From the NCBI RefSeq assembly GCF_009914755.1, contig NC_060928.1: 64,000 nucleotides of DNA; one strand, given 5' to 3'. The position numbers and the translations under genes were made by a program. This document shows positions 28,701-43,874 of this stretch, in pieces (positions within the stretch are counted from its first letter, which is position 1; every line of letters starts with the position of its first letter). The stretch comes from the human T2T-CHM13v2.0 reference genome, Homo sapiens. A model generated the notes under the pieces. The model was not told where the DNA came from. It saw only the letters and a list, made by a program, of their open reading frames with translations, and did not search any database.

Positions 28701-30779
28701 TCTCCTTGGCCAAACAGAAGTAATCTGCATTCTTAGGCCACCAGGATTAGATAATCTCACACAAGAAACTGTCCACAGCCTGCTTAGGTGGGTTGTGGGC
28801 GGAGGCAGGAGGGCCCCAGGCCTTGGAGAATGCAGGCACATTTAACCCAGTATTTACCAGATTGGTCAGTACTATAATTAGGACTGGAAGGTGGACAGGG
28901 TGTTAAATCCTAAGAGGCCTTGGTTGGACTTCACCATGAGAGGGTGGTCCTTGATCCTCCTAAATAGGTACAAAATGGTCTAATTTTCTGCAGAAAGGCC
29001 AAAGCTTGCATCAAACACTCAAAAGGGTCTCAAAGCCCCCTAAAGACTCTGAAACACTATTCAAGAACCATGACAGAAGAAAATCCGCCAGAGATAGACT
29101 GCATCTCTCTATAGCATGGACACCATCGCACGGAGAACCTTCTATCCCCCCCAAGCATTTGGGTGCTGGGCCTTCGAGAACTCCTGAGCAGGGCTCCTAG
29201 CATGCTGAGATGTGGAACTATGACCATCCCTCTCGCTGCAGCATCCCACAAGGAAACACAGCCCAGTGGAGTTCCAGCAGTGTATGCTGTCATGCTGTCA
29301 GCATGGCCAGGAGCTGGAGACAGAGACCCCACGTCTACCCAGATGCCAGCCCCAGCCCACCTCAAGAAGGGAGGGTCACACCTGAGCCTGTCTGTGTCAT
29401 CAGAGGAACGGTGGAACACACAGAGCTTTTCAAGCACCAGGAGAGCCCTGGTTAGGAATGGAATAGAGGTGGAAATGTGTCCCACGTTTATAATCTGCTG
29501 ATGGTGTCCCCAAACCCCTGCACCCTTACACCTGCCTGCCACCTGGAACAACTTGAATCCAAAACTTGGTTCTGGAATTGTCTTCCCTAATAGCTGATTT
29601 CCTCACCAGATTTTAAATGCTGAGGTCAGGGACTCAGGAGCATCGTTGACATGTTCTCCTTTCTCCCAGCAGTCAGCACAGTGCATAGCTCATCAAAGAA
29701 GAAACAGCAACAATAACAACAATGATGATGATGATGGGGATGACAGCAGCTGGCATTTACTGAATGCCAATATGGTGCCAGATTGTATCAGCAGATTATA
29801 AAAGTTACATGAATTAGTTGGTTTAATCTTCACAAAATAACACAAGATAGGAATTTTTCATCATCTAATTTTATGTATAAGGTAACTGAGGCAAGAGAGT
29901 ATAACGAAATCTCCTGAAATCACAGAGCTGGGCAAGAGGCAGAGTCAGGGGTGATTTCAGGTGTCTCTGACTCTGGGTCCCATCACTCAGCTCTAACGCC
30001 CCTAGTAATCACTCCACAGGTATCTGCTGAATGAATGAATACATACATAGATGTTGATGATGGATGGATGGAAGTGTGGATGGAGGGAGGGAAAAGGGAA
30101 GGAGGGGAAGAAAGACACACACAGAAACGGGGAGAGAGAGAGAGATAATAGATTGGGGGATTCAGGGGTGAATGAGACATGAAAACTCACTGTCTAGTGA
30201 GGGAGAGACTCATGTCAACAGTTGCAGAGATGGGAAATGCCATCATCTGCTTCGGGATGGAGGGTTACGGGAGCTGGAAGAGACCACCTCTGCCAGAGGG
30301 AATCATGGATGGCTTCACAGAGGAAGTAACATTTGGGTTTGTCTTAGAATATAGATAGGAGTTTGCAAGGAGGTAGAGCAGAAGCATTCTAGGCAGAGAT
30401 CCTTCAAAGGGACCCATGCCTGAATGTGTCTCCAATGCTCAGGGGGCAGCAAGAAGGTCCAGGGGCTAAAATGCAGGATCTGAGAGAGGGAGTGGTGAAA
30501 GGTGGGATTTTTAAATGTAGAGCTGGGGATGGGGCTGTGAATCATCACTTTTATTTTTCAGAAACATCCCCTTGGCCACCGTGCAGGGGGGTAACTAGAG
30601 TAGGGAGAAAGGGAGGTAGGCAGAAATTGAGTTTAGGACAGGAACATGGGCTTTGGAGGCAGGTTTAAAGTCTGCTTTTCAGCTGTGGGACCTTGGTGAA
30701 ATGATTTAACCTTCCTAAGCCTCAGCTCTTTCATCTGTAGAATGGGTATGAAAATGTCATGGGATGGACATGAGGTTTA

Positions 30780-31275
<496 letters not shown>

Positions 31276-32220
31276 AAGAAGAAGAGGAAGATGCCAGGTG
31301 AGGCTTGGGAAAGTAAACACACAGCAATTTAAACTGAAATGCAAATACAGTGGGTACCATTTGTTTGGGGTCACATTATCTGTTAGGAGTAAGTCCACCC
31401 CATTTAAATTTGCCTATCATTGTCACTTGGCCTTCTGATCCAACTGAGCCTTGCATATGTTCCAATTTTGCAAAATGAGTCTAAATCTTTCATCAGATGA
31501 GGTGCACTTGATATAGTTTTCTTAGGAGTAATTTCTTCCAAAGCATTCTATTTCATGCTTTTTTAATTCTCCTGAATGTTTAACAGCCTAAAAGCCCATT
31601 CCCAATAGGAAAGTGGTTTACACAGAATGAGCAAATTGCAGAATGCAAGTCTAATATCTGGAACAAAACAACAGGCTTGTCTTCATTTCAAATGCAAACT
31701 CAAATAAGAGTGTATCATATGCATTGCCTTAACACTCATTTAAGAATACGGCATCATCTGATTTATCAGCTGTTCCCCACTCAGGACACATTAACTCTCT
31801 GTTCTAAACAAACTAGAGGTAGGAGTTACTCAAAAGAGTTTTAGGATAAAATCGAAAATGTAAGTGTTGTACTCTCCAATTATTATACTAATAGAAATCA
31901 GTGTGGTCTCAAGTAAACAGCACAACTATGTGTTTTAGGGCTGTACTGAGGGTGTTTCTTGGGCACTTAGGATGAGCAGATGAATCATGCACTGGAGGCT
32001 AAATGTTCCTGGTGTCTCACTCTGCCCCTAACTCACTAAATGACCTTGGACCTGCTCTTCCCTCTGCAGGCTCTATTAGGGCAGTGATCCGCCTCCACGC
32101 TAATCACCTCCAGTGTAACACTTGCTGTGGGCTTTGGCTAAGTACTCTGTGGAGGTTTCCTCCTGTTATTAATTTGCTACGGAGTTTTATCTTGAATGGG
32201 TGTTAAATTCAATTAAAGAC

Positions 32221-34537
32221 TGATATGGTTTGGATTTGTGTCCCCGCTTAAATCTCATGTTGAATTGTAATCCCCAGTGTTGGAGGTGAGGCCTGCTGGA
32301 AGGTGACTGGATCATGGGGGTGGATCCTTCATGAATGGTTTAGTGCCATCCCTTTGGTGTTGATCTTATGATAGTGAGTGAGTTGTAGTGAGATCTGGTT
32401 GTTTAAAACTGTGTAGCACCTCCTCCATTCTCTCTTCCTTTTGCTCCAGCCAAGTAAGATGTGCCTCTTTTCCCTCTGCCTTCTGCCATAATTGTAAGTT
32501 TCCTGAGGTTTCCACAGAAGCTGAGCAGATGCATCATGCTTCCTGTACAGCCTGCAGAATCATGAGCCAATTAAACCTCCTTTCCTTACAAATTAGCTAG
32601 TCTCAGGTATTTCTTTATAGCAATGTGAGAACAGACTAATACAGAAAATTGGTACTGAGGAGTGGACATTTCTACAACAATACTTGAAAATGTGAAAGCA
32701 GCCTTGGAATTCGGTAACCAAAGGAGATTGGAAGAGTGTGGAGGGCTCAGAAGAAGACACAAAGATGAGGGAAAGTTTGGAACTTCCTAGAGACTTGTTA
32801 CATTGTTGTGACCAAAATGCTGATTGTGATATGGACAATGAATTCTAGGCTGAGGAGGTCTCAGATGGAGATGAGGAACTCATTGGGAACTGCAGTAAAG
32901 GTCACTTTTGCCATGCTTTAGCAAACAGACTGGTGGCATTGTGCCCCTACTCTAGAGATCTGTGGAATTTTTAATTTGAGAGTGATGATTTAGGGTATCT
33001 GCTGGAAGAAATATCTAAGCAGCAAAGCATTCAAGATGTAACCTGGCTGCTTCTAACAACCTATGTTCATATGTGTGAGCAAAGAAATGACCTGAAACTG
33101 GACCTTATATTTAAAAGGGAAGCTGAGTGTAAAAGTGTGGAAAATTTGCAGCCCACCATAGCCAAGAGAATGGGAAACAGAAGGGTTTTCAGAGAACTTC
33201 ACGGCAGCCCTTTAATCACAGTCCCAGAGGCCTAGGAGGGAAGAATGGTTTCCTGGGCCAGGCCCAGTGCCCCACTGCCCTGTGCAGCCTTGGGACCCTG
33301 CTCCCTGCATCCAGCCTCAGCTCAAAGGACCCCAGGTGCAGCTTGGACCACTGCTCAGAAGATGCAAACTGTAAGCCTTGGCAGCTTCCATGTGGTGTTA
33401 AGCCTGCAGGTGCACAGAATGAAAGAGTTGGGTCTTGGGAGCCTCCGCCTAGATTTCAGAGGATATATGGAAAAGTCACAATGTCCAGGCAGAAGCCTTC
33501 TGCTGGGGCAGAGCCCTCATGGAGAACCTCTGCTAGGGCAGTGTGGAGGGGAAATGTGGGGTTGGAGCCCCCACACAGAGTCCCCATTGAGACACTGCCT
33601 AGTGGAGCTGTGATAAGGGGGCTGCTATCCTCTAGATTCTGGAATGATAGATCCACTGACAGCTTGTATCCTGTGCCTAGAAATATTGCAGGCACTCAAC
33701 ACCAGCCCTTGAGAGCAGCTGTTGGGGCTAAATCCTCCAAAGTCACAGGGGCTGAGCTGCCCAAGGCTTTGGGAGCCCATCCCTTGGACCAGCATGTTCT
33801 GAATATGAGACATGGAGTCAAAGGAGATTGTTTTGGAGCTTTAAGATTTGATGACTACCATCCTGCATTTCAGACTTGCCTGGGGCCTATAGCCCCTTTC
33901 TTTTGGCCAATTTCTCCTTTTTGGAACAGGAATATTTACCCAGTGCCTATAACTCCATTGCATCACTGGAAGTAACTAACTTGTTTTTTAATTTATAGGC
34001 TCATAGGTGGAATGGACTTATAATTGTCTCAGATGAGACTTTGGACTTTGGACTTTTGAGTTAATGCTGGAATGAGTTAAGACTCTAGGGGACTGTTGGG
34101 AAGGCATGATTATATTTTGAAATGTGAGAAGAACATGGTATTTGGGTGGGACTACATCTCATGTTGAATTGTAATCCCCAATGTTGCAGGTGGAGCTTGG
34201 TGGGAGGTGACTGGATCACGGGGGTCCTTCATGAATTGTTCAGCACGATCCCTTCGGTGCTGTTCTCGTGATGGAGTTATTATGAGATCTGGTTGTTTAA
34301 AAGTGTGTGGCACCTCCCCCTACTTCTCTTCCTCCTGCTCTGGCTATGTAAGACATGCCTGCTTCCCCTTCACCTTCTACCATGATTGTAAGTTTCCTGA
34401 GTCCTCCCCAGAAGCTGGGCAGATGCATCAGGCTTCCTGTATAGCCTGTGGAACCATGAGCCAATTAAACCTCTTTCCTTTATAAATTACCCAGTCTCAG
34501 GGTATTTCTTATAGCAATGCAAGAACAGACTAATATA
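32221..34537 (+). mobile_element. MSTA-like MaLR provirus: 5' LTR 32221-32643, internal region, 3' LTR ~34156-34537 (its first ~30 nt deleted)
   Basis: Two MST LTRs around an internal region homologous to the THE1-int at 1.5-3.1 kb; perfect TSD aagac. Confidence 0.92.
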
Positions 34538-34544
34538 AAGACAT

Positions 34545-35441
<897 letters not shown>

Positions 35442-36073
35442 TAAAGAATTATTAACACTGAAGTGAGAGCATGTCTATTTACAACTTAGTAGCGCTTCCC
35501 TCCCCATACTAGGGTTTCAATAAATGTGAGGGGTTTTTTCCTTATTATAAGTAATTATGATAATAATAGATAACAAATGAAATTCTAAAATCTACACATA
35601 AAAGACCTAAAATTAGTCACCAAAACAGTTATTACCATAGCTTTTGTTTTACGGATATACCTCTCACATTTTGGAAAGAATGTAGCATGTTGCGATAATG
35701 CTAATAATTAGAATTTTTTAAATAATAAATAACCCAGTACACTGTTGCATTTAGGATGCTGCTAATAGGAAGATACACTGTTGTCCTCCCTAGCACAATG
35801 AAAGAAACAATACTGCCAATGAACCCATGGCACCTGCCAAGTTTCAGAGATGTTAAAATCCAAAAGGGTTGCTTCTCAGAGCAATGAAATAGAGCCATCT
35901 TTGGTTGAGAGAGTGCCAAGTACTCTCCAATATGTCACTTCGTTTAATCCTCACCACAACCCCACAGCACAGACAGGACGGGGGTTGCAGCCTGTTTCAT
36001 AGAGGAAGATGCAGAGGTAGGTACCAGAAAGACCCAGCTCTGTCCCCCTCTCCTTCCCAGCGCCTGCACTCAC

Positions 36074-36301
36074 CCGGCTGTGCGACTCCAGGATCTGTGT
36101 GCAGGCCGACTTGGTCAGCATCTCAGATGCACTCAGCTCTTCCAGGAGCAAGTCCTGGATGCTGAGGAGGGCGGTGTAGGCCGACAGAGTCTCGGTCACC
36201 CGGGACGCCTTCTGGAACTGCAGAGCAACAAGCGACTGTGCAAAGCCTCCCTCCTGTGCCTCCATCCGCTGCACTCTCTCCCGCAGCAATTCACCTCGAA
36301 C
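36074..36301 (-). CDS. EVC2: EVC2 exon 17 (228 nt, phase 0/0): VRGELLRERVQRMEAQ...QILESHSR
   Basis: Minus-strand ccctcccag|GTTCGA acceptor and CGG|gtgagt donor; peptide matches recalled EVC2 coiled-coil region; splices in frame to the next exon. Confidence 0.96.
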
Positions 36302-37309
36302 CTGGGAGGGGACAGGGATGGACCCAAACCCAGAGAGCAGTGAGTAGAGGAGGGTGGAGGAGAACAAACAGCCTTTCAGAGTTCACAGACCTGGGATTCT
36401 GAGGACCACCAAAAGTTTACAATGGAGACGCACTGGGAACCTGCAGGGAGCAACATCAGAAAAGGCTGTCCCTGCGTATGAAGACGCCAGGGGCTTGGGG
36501 AGCCCAGCCATCCTTCATTCCATATGTATCATCCTCAAGAGTCACCTGAGCCCATTGCTCTCCTTCTGAAAACACTTCTAAGTCTCTCCATGTCCTAGAG
36601 GATGGAAGTTCAACTCCTGAGCATGGGATCCAAGGAGCTCCCCACCCCAATCCCAGCCAAGGTTCCCCTGGACAGGTCTGGTCTGTTCTTCTGCCCCTAC
36701 CCCACTCACACATGCACAACTGGGAATGCCCTTCCCAGCTGTGCGCTGTGCTCTACACACCATGCGCTTTGTGTCTGTGGTTTGTGCTCTTTGCAGTGAT
36801 TGAAATGTCCTCCCATTCTCCCTTCCTGAAATTCTACTATTTGTCTTTTGGGTCTATAGTTTCCACGGAAGCGGTCTCACTTCTCTATGTTTGTTTTGTT
36901 CCATGTAGGCTTCAAACCAGGTGCCCAGGGTTTACTTGACCTCAGGCAAATCATTAAGCTCTGCATGCCTACGCTTCTTCATCTATAAAGTGGAGAAAAT
37001 AATTCCATCCAACACACAGAGTTTAGTTTGTTTTTTTAACAAAACAGCTTAATTGAGGTATAACTTCTTTATAATAACCTGCACATATTTACAGTACACA
37101 ATGTGATAAACTTTGACATGTTTCTACCCCTATGAAACCATCGCCACAACCAGGGTAGTGAACACATCCATGTTCTTGGTAATCCCACCCCCTGCCCCCC
37201 ACTTAGCAACCACTGATGTGCTTTCAGCTACAATTGACAAGTCTGCATTTTCTAGAGTTTTTTTTTATAAGTGGAGTCATACGGTACATATTTTTTTATC
37301 TAGCTGTTG

Positions 37310-37613
37310 TATTTTATTTTATTTTATTTTTAGACACAGTCTCGCTCTGTCACCCAAGCTGGAGTGCAGTGGTGCAATCTTGGCTCACTGCAACCTCCAC
37401 CTCCTGGGTTCAAGTGATTTTCCTGCCTCAGCCTTCTGAGTAGCTGGGATTACAGGCATGCACCACCACACCCAGCTAATTTTTGTAATTTTAGTAGAGA
37501 TGGGGTTTCACCATGTTGCCCAGGCTGGTCTCGAACGCCTGGCCTCAAGTGATCTACCCACCTCAGCCTCCCAAAGTGCTGGGATTACAGGCGTGAACCA
37601 CCATGCCCGACCT
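37310..37613 (-). mobile_element. AluS inserted in an old L1 3' end
   Basis: Reverse Alu; TSD tctagctgtt. Confidence 0.92.
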
Positions 37614-37832
37614 GTCTAGCTGTTTTGACTGAAAATACTTATTTTGAGATTTACCTTTTACCATCTTCTTCTGGGTTGAGGATCTCTTATGCTTCCCCCT
37701 TCCCTCCCTTTGTTGCTTTATTAGCTATAGCTCTGTTTTGTTATTTTAGTGGCTGCTTTAGGGTTTATAGTACACATCTTTGACTTATCCCAGGGTACCT
37801 TCAATTGATATTATATCACTTCACATGGAGTA

Positions 37833-38425
37833 CAAGAACCAAAAATAAAATTCTAAGCCCCCCCTCAACCATCTGAATGGACCACTCCTCTCAGCAAGGG
37901 GATTCCAAAGTCAACCTGAAAAACCAGTTCAGGCCATGAAGGGAAGGGGGAGCTGAACATGCCTCCTTATACCCTCCTTCCTTTTGGAATTTCAGATAGA
38001 ACAGACTCTTTAAGTCTCATAAGAAACATTTACAATCGATTCTCTCTGAAGCCTGCTACCTGGAGGCTTCATCTGCATCATAAAACCTTGGTCTCCACAA
38101 CCCCCTTAGTGTAACCCAGATGTTCCTTTCTATTGACAATAACTCTTTCAACCAACTGCCAATCAGAAAATCTTTTCATCGAATTATGATCTGGAAGCCC
38201 CCACTTCAAGTTGTCCCACTTTTCTGGACCAAACCAATGTACATCTTACATGTATTGATTGATGTCTCATGCCTCCCGAAAATGTATAAAATCAAGCTGT
38301 GCCCCAACCACCTTGGGCACATGTCATCAAGACCTCCTCAGGCTGTGTCATGGGTGTGTCCTTAACCTTGGCAAAATAAATTTTCTAAACTGATTGAGAT
38401 CTGTCTCAGATACTTTTGGCTTACA
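37833..38425 (+). mobile_element. MER4-family (ERV1) solo LTR
   Basis: accaaaaataaaattctaagcccccc...ggcaaaataaattttctaaactgattgagatctgtctcagatacttttggcttaca. Confidence 0.82.
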
Positions 38426-39027
38426 CACATTATGCTAATTTACTCCCATTTCTTGCTTCCTGGTCTTTGTGCTTTTTCTGTCACACATTTAATTGTACAT
38501 ACGTTAAAAACGTCACACTCCTTTGTTACTATTTTCATTGAAATAAGTCAATCTTTAAAATTTTCTATTGAAGTGAAATGCACATAACATAAAATTCACT
38601 AAAGTCAACAATTAAGTGACATTTAGGATTCAGTAGCCCCCACCTCTATTTAGTCTGAGAACATTTTCACCACCCCTAAAGCAAAAGCAAACCCCACACC
38701 TCTTAAGCAATTATTCCCCAGTCCTCCCACCCCCAAGTCCTTGGCAACTACCAATCTTCTGTTTCTATGATTTTCCTTATTCCGGATATTTCATACAAAT
38801 GGAACTACAGAAGAACAACCTTTTGTGTCTGGCTTCTTTTACTTCGCATAATGTTTTCAAAGTTCATCTACTTGTTGTATCAAAACTTCATTTCCTTTTT
38901 ATGGCTGCATCATATTCCATTGGATGGACAATCAGTCAATTTTTGGAAGATTTTTAAAATTAAAAGAGAATCTAACGTAAGTACCCATGTAGTTACCATT
39001 CCCATTGCTCATTTTTTTGTGTGGTTC

Positions 39028-39464
39028 TGTAGCGGGAAGAGCCGCAGACAAAACCCCTCAGACACCGAGTTAAAGAAGGAAGGGGTTTATTTGGCCAGGA
39101 GCATAGACAAGACTCCTGTCTCAAGAGCTGAGCTCCCCGAGTGAGCAATTCCTGTCCCTTTTAAGGGCTCACAACTCTAAGGGGGTCCATGTGAGAGGGT
39201 CGTGATTGAGCAAGCAGGGGTACGTGACTGGGGGCTGCATACACTGGTAATTAGAAAGGAACCGAACAGGACAGGGATCTTCACAGTGCCTTTTTTATGC
39301 AAATAACCAATTAGATCAGGGGTCAATCTTTAACTACCAGGCCCAGGGTGTGGCGCCGGGCTGTCTGCTTGTGGATTTCATTTCTGCCTTTTAGTTTTTA
39401 CTTCTTCTTTCTTTGGAGGCAGAAATTGGGCATAAGACAATATGAGGGGTGGTCTCCTCCCTGA
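39028..39464 (-). mobile_element. LTR2 (HERV-E/Harlequin) solo LTR, same sense as EVC2
   Basis: Reverse complement reads agggaggagaccacccctcatattgtcttatgcccaatttctgcctcc...gctaca; 4-bp TSD gttc. Confidence 0.9.
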
Positions 39465-40275
39465 GTTCTAGATTTCTATCTGTTATGAAAATCCTTCTGC
39501 CTGATTTCCTATAACATTTCTTGGAGTATGAATCTCCTAGTAAGGAAAACTTTCAGCATTGTAAGTCTAAAAAAATTTATTTCACCTTCATTCTTGAAAG
39601 ATATACTTTCTGAATAAAGAATTTTAGGTGGCAGTTTTCCTCATTGTTTTGAAGACATTGCTCCATGTTCTTCTCACTTGCATTATTTGAAATGAGAAAT
39701 CGGCTGTCAACCTGCTCTTTGCTTTGTAGGGTACATAATGTATCTTCTTCCTTCAGTTGCTTTGAAGATTTTCTCTTTATCAATGGTTTGGAGCAATTTG
39801 ATTATGATGCACCTTAGAAAAATTTTCCTCAAGTTTCTTATGCTTGGGATACACTGAGCTTCTTAAATCTGTGAGTTTATAGTTGTCATCAAATTAGGCA
39901 AAATTTTAGCCGTTAATTCTTCCAATATGTTTTCATCCTTCTTTTTCTCTCTCCTCTTCTCCAGGAATTCCAATTACCCACACATTAGGCCGCCTGAAGT
40001 TGTCTCATGGCTCACTTTTCTCTGTTTTCATTTTAGATAGTTTCTATTGCTATATCTTCAAGCTAACTAATTTTTTTCTGCAATGTCTAATCTGCTGTTA
40101 ATTCTCACACACATGTGTATGTGTGTGTGTGTATATTCAAATCAAACTTCTAGAGAACAAAAATATGTGTGGTATAGATGTAAATATAGACATATAGATA
40201 TATCTTTTTACATCTTCCATATCTATACTTAACCTTTTTTGAACATATTAAACAAAATTATAATGACTGTTTTAC

Positions 40276-40403
40276 CCCATTTATGCTGGAGGTTGCCATT
40301 TTTTGTGTGTGAAAAATCAGAACTTGGTGATGCCCTTGAGCAGTACAATATAAATAACTCCCACAAGCTTAGCATTCCAATAATGGAACACTAGGCATAA
40401 ATG
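40276..40403 (-). mobile_element. MER85 (non-autonomous piggyBac/PGBD3 MITE)
   Basis: cccatttatgctggaggttgc...ctcccacaagcttagcattccaataatggaacactaggcataaatg matches recalled MER85; terminal inverted repeats catttatgc/gcataaatg. Confidence 0.9.
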
Positions 40404-41771
40404 CCATTCTCTGTCAATTCTAACATCTGTGTCAGTTCTGGATTGGTTTCAATTGATTGATTTTTCTCCTCATGAGGAGTTATATTTTCCTATTTGTCTC
40501 ATGCCTGGTACTTTTTAACTGAACTACAGACAATGTAAATTCTACCTTGTTGGGTCCTAGATATTTTTGTGTTTCTATAATTATTGAGCTTTGTTCTGAG
40601 ATGCAGTTAAGCTACTTGGAAACAGGCTAACCTTTTGGGTTATGTTTTTAAGCTCTTTTATGTGGGACTAGCATAGGGCTCATTATTTCCATTGCCGAGG
40701 CAAGACCTTTTTGAGTACTATATTTGATGTCCTCTGAATTGAGGCTTTCTAGTTTGGGTGGAAGGAACTGTCACTATCCCCAACCTGGTGTAAATGCTGA
40801 GTATTCTTCTAAGTATTTTGGGTGGTCTTTCCCCTAGCTTTGAGCAATTTTCTTCCATGGAAGTGCTGCGCAGGTCTCAGCAGAATACTCAAGAGGACCC
40901 AGTAGACACCTCTGGAGTTTTCTCTGTGCAGCTCTTTCTTTTCTGGGATTCTGTCCTGTGAAATCTATCTGACTTGGCTTCCCCAAATTCTTAGCTTTGT
41001 CTCTTTTACTCAAAGGGTCTACCCTAGTAGACCTGCTGGGTTCCTTCTTGCTGTGCCTCAGCCTGGAAACCCTTTTAGGGCAGTAACCTGGGACAATGAC
41101 GGGGTGAATTCCTTTATTTTTTATTTCTTAGGGATCAGTTTTGTCTGCTGTCCAGTGTCCTGAAAATCACTGTTCCATAGATTTTGTTTGTTTTGTTTTA
41201 GGTAAGGAGTAATTCTGATACTTTTTATTCTGTCTTGGTCACAAGCAGAAGTCCCTCATAGGGTTATTCTGATTATTAATAATCTAATACTGTTAAGTGC
41301 TCAGAACAGTGCCTGACACATTGGAGTGTTTAACAAATATTGCCGTTGTTAATACTCTTATTACCTAAGGTGGAATATGGTGGGTTCCATAAGGGAGGTC
41401 TGTATATGGTGCTATGTGGTTTAGAGAAAAGAGAAGGTGGAGGGGTCAGGGAAAGTCATGACAATATTGGCATTTGAAGCAGATACTGAAGGATCCAGGC
41501 ATTCAGGAAGAGGAACAGCATGACCAGAGGCACTGAGGCAGGGGGCCCTACAGAGACTTGTGAGGCTGAATTAGATAAAAGCTAAGAGGGAAAGTGGGAG
41601 ATGAAGCCGTAAAGGTGTGGGGGAGAAGAACCCATACTGCAGAGGCCCTGAACTGTCAGGGACAAGAAGGCAGAGCTTCCCCTCAGACAATGAGAAGGGC
41701 AAGAGAGCTGGATGTCCCTGAACAGGAAAAAGTTGAGTGATGGGCAAGGCATGGCAAGAATTGGTAAGAGG

Positions 41772-42838
41772 TGATCAATAAAAATAAAATTCTAAGCCCC
41801 TAACTGACTGAATGGGCCTCCTGTTGGCCAAGGAGACCCCAGAAAAACCTTGGAAGTTGAGTTCCCAGCCATAATGGGATGGGAGGTTAGACACACCTTG
41901 CTACACTCCCTCCCTCACTAACCATCATTAGGTTTTCTTCCCTGAGCGCTAAACAGAAACCAGCTCTTCCAAAAGACTCCACCCCAATATCAACCAACTG
42001 CCTGACACTGCCCCTCCTTTTTGCTGTTTTGACAAAGCAACCAACCAGCATTCCTTCCGGATAATACACACTGACCACAGAGTGGTTCAGGACAGTCTAT
42101 GGAGGATGCTCAGTGAGGGTTTTAGTGTCCTCTTCTTCACATTCTGATGTCAGAAGGTAGAAAACACCACCCTTAGATCATGCTAGCACCACCATTTTTT
42201 TGTACATGAGACCTGTATTAGTCCATATTTATGCTGCTATAAAGAACTGCCTAAGAGTGAGTAATTTATAAAGAAAAGAAATTTAATTGCCTCCCCAGCC
42301 CTCAGGAAACTTATAGTCATGGCAGAAGGGGAAGCAAACACATCCTTCTTCACATGGCAGCAGCAAGAAGTGCCAAGCAAAAGGGGGAAAAGCCCCTTAC
42401 AAAACCATCAGATCTCATGAGAACTCACTCACTATCACGAGAACAGCATGAGGGTAACTGCCCCCATGATTAAGTTACCTCTCACTAGGTCCTTCCAATG
42501 ACACACATGGGGATTATGTAAACTACAATTCAAGATGAGATTGGGTGGAGACACAGGACCCATGAAGGGGCATGAAGCTCAATGACACTTGTGCATGTTT
42601 CTCGTTTCATAAATATTCATGACTCCTCCTATAGCTTATTAAATATATATATTAAGCCACCCTATTTAGCATAAATTCCTGTTTCCTTTGCCCCTTTCTC
42701 TAAGTGCCTGTTTTCAGCTTCTAACCAGAGGCTATGCTTCCTAGCCCGTCAGAAGGGCCACCCTGCAGGCTACAACCCATTATGAGAAATAAAGGTCTCC
42801 TTCCCAAATTTATGAACATCATCATGCTTCAGCTGACA
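41772..42838 (+). mobile_element. MER39-like ERV1 LTR with nested THE1C/D LTR (~42214-42556, minus)
   Basis: aaaaataaaattctaagcccc...aaatttatgaacatcatcatgcttcagctgaca; nested tgtattagtcc...gattgggtggagacacag. Confidence 0.75.
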
Positions 42839-43874
42839 GAAGTCTTCCTTATTACATGCCTGCCATGCGCTAGGGTTTTCACGTTATCCTTGTGTGGTCT
42901 CCATCTTCCCCTCTTGGGTGGGTGGGTGGTGGTCCAAGTGTCCCATAAGACCCAGACCCCTGCAGAGGTGCAGAGCAGAGGGCAGAATGAGAAGGCCGTA
43001 AGGAAAAGCTAAAGATTTATTTATGTAAATGCATGAATAAATGTGGGTGAAGTGTAAAGCCTTTTGTATATACTGTATGAACAACATGGACAGTGAAATT
43101 AAAAAGAAAAAAAAACCTTCTCCAAAATTCTTTTTTCTTCTTTGGAAAGCTTAGTTTGTTAGTTCCAGCACCATGAGAATGTGTCTCTAGAGAGGGTTTT
43201 AATCCTTTGTCTAGAAGAAATCCTGGGAAACAACACAGATTTGCATTTCTATGAGGTATTAATGACAGGCTTCATTAAATATTCAAGCCACTGAGAATAA
43301 TACAAATTCATTTGCAAAATGATATGCTGCTAAATACTCTTTAAACGAGAAGTTCAAACAACTTCTTACTACTTTTCCCTGACAACATGTGGATTTCAAA
43401 CAAAAAGTTTTTTCTATGCATTATAATGTCCTTTAAACATATAATAAAGTCTACCTGTGTCAACCAGCAGAGAGTTATTGGGATTCTAAAGGGTTTAATA
43501 AATCACACCTCTCCTTGCCCAAGTTTGGAAACAAATACAACTAGATGCAAGGGTGAGCTAGCTAGGTGCCTAATGTCAGCTTTCATATTGATGAAAACTA
43601 GACTGGAGAATGTGGCTCACATCTGTATCCAAACAAATTCACAATCCCCCAAGAGCAGGCCTCCTTACCAAATTCATCACTTAAAAAACAGATAAGAGGG
43701 GCTTCCTACAGGAATGCTGGCTCCCAGAGAGAAGGGGGCTGAGCTGAACCTGTCCCATTCCTTCTTTAATCACAAATGCCCTCCTTGGAGAAAAGTGGGC
43801 CAAGGGATGGAGAATCTAGCGGTGCCACTAGCAACAACCTCCAGTGGCAAAAGAGGCATTGAGAGAGGTCTTAT

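Larger units (their letters stand above)
38430..41260 (-). mobile_element. Old L1M fragments hosting LTR2 and MER85; boundaries approximate
   Basis: Reverse L1 ORF1/5' motifs (ttatttcaccttcattcttgaaagatatactttc...). Confidence 0.7.

Noticed and set aside
33245-33975. 210-aa and 122-aa ORFs
   Set aside because: MSTA internal-region remnants
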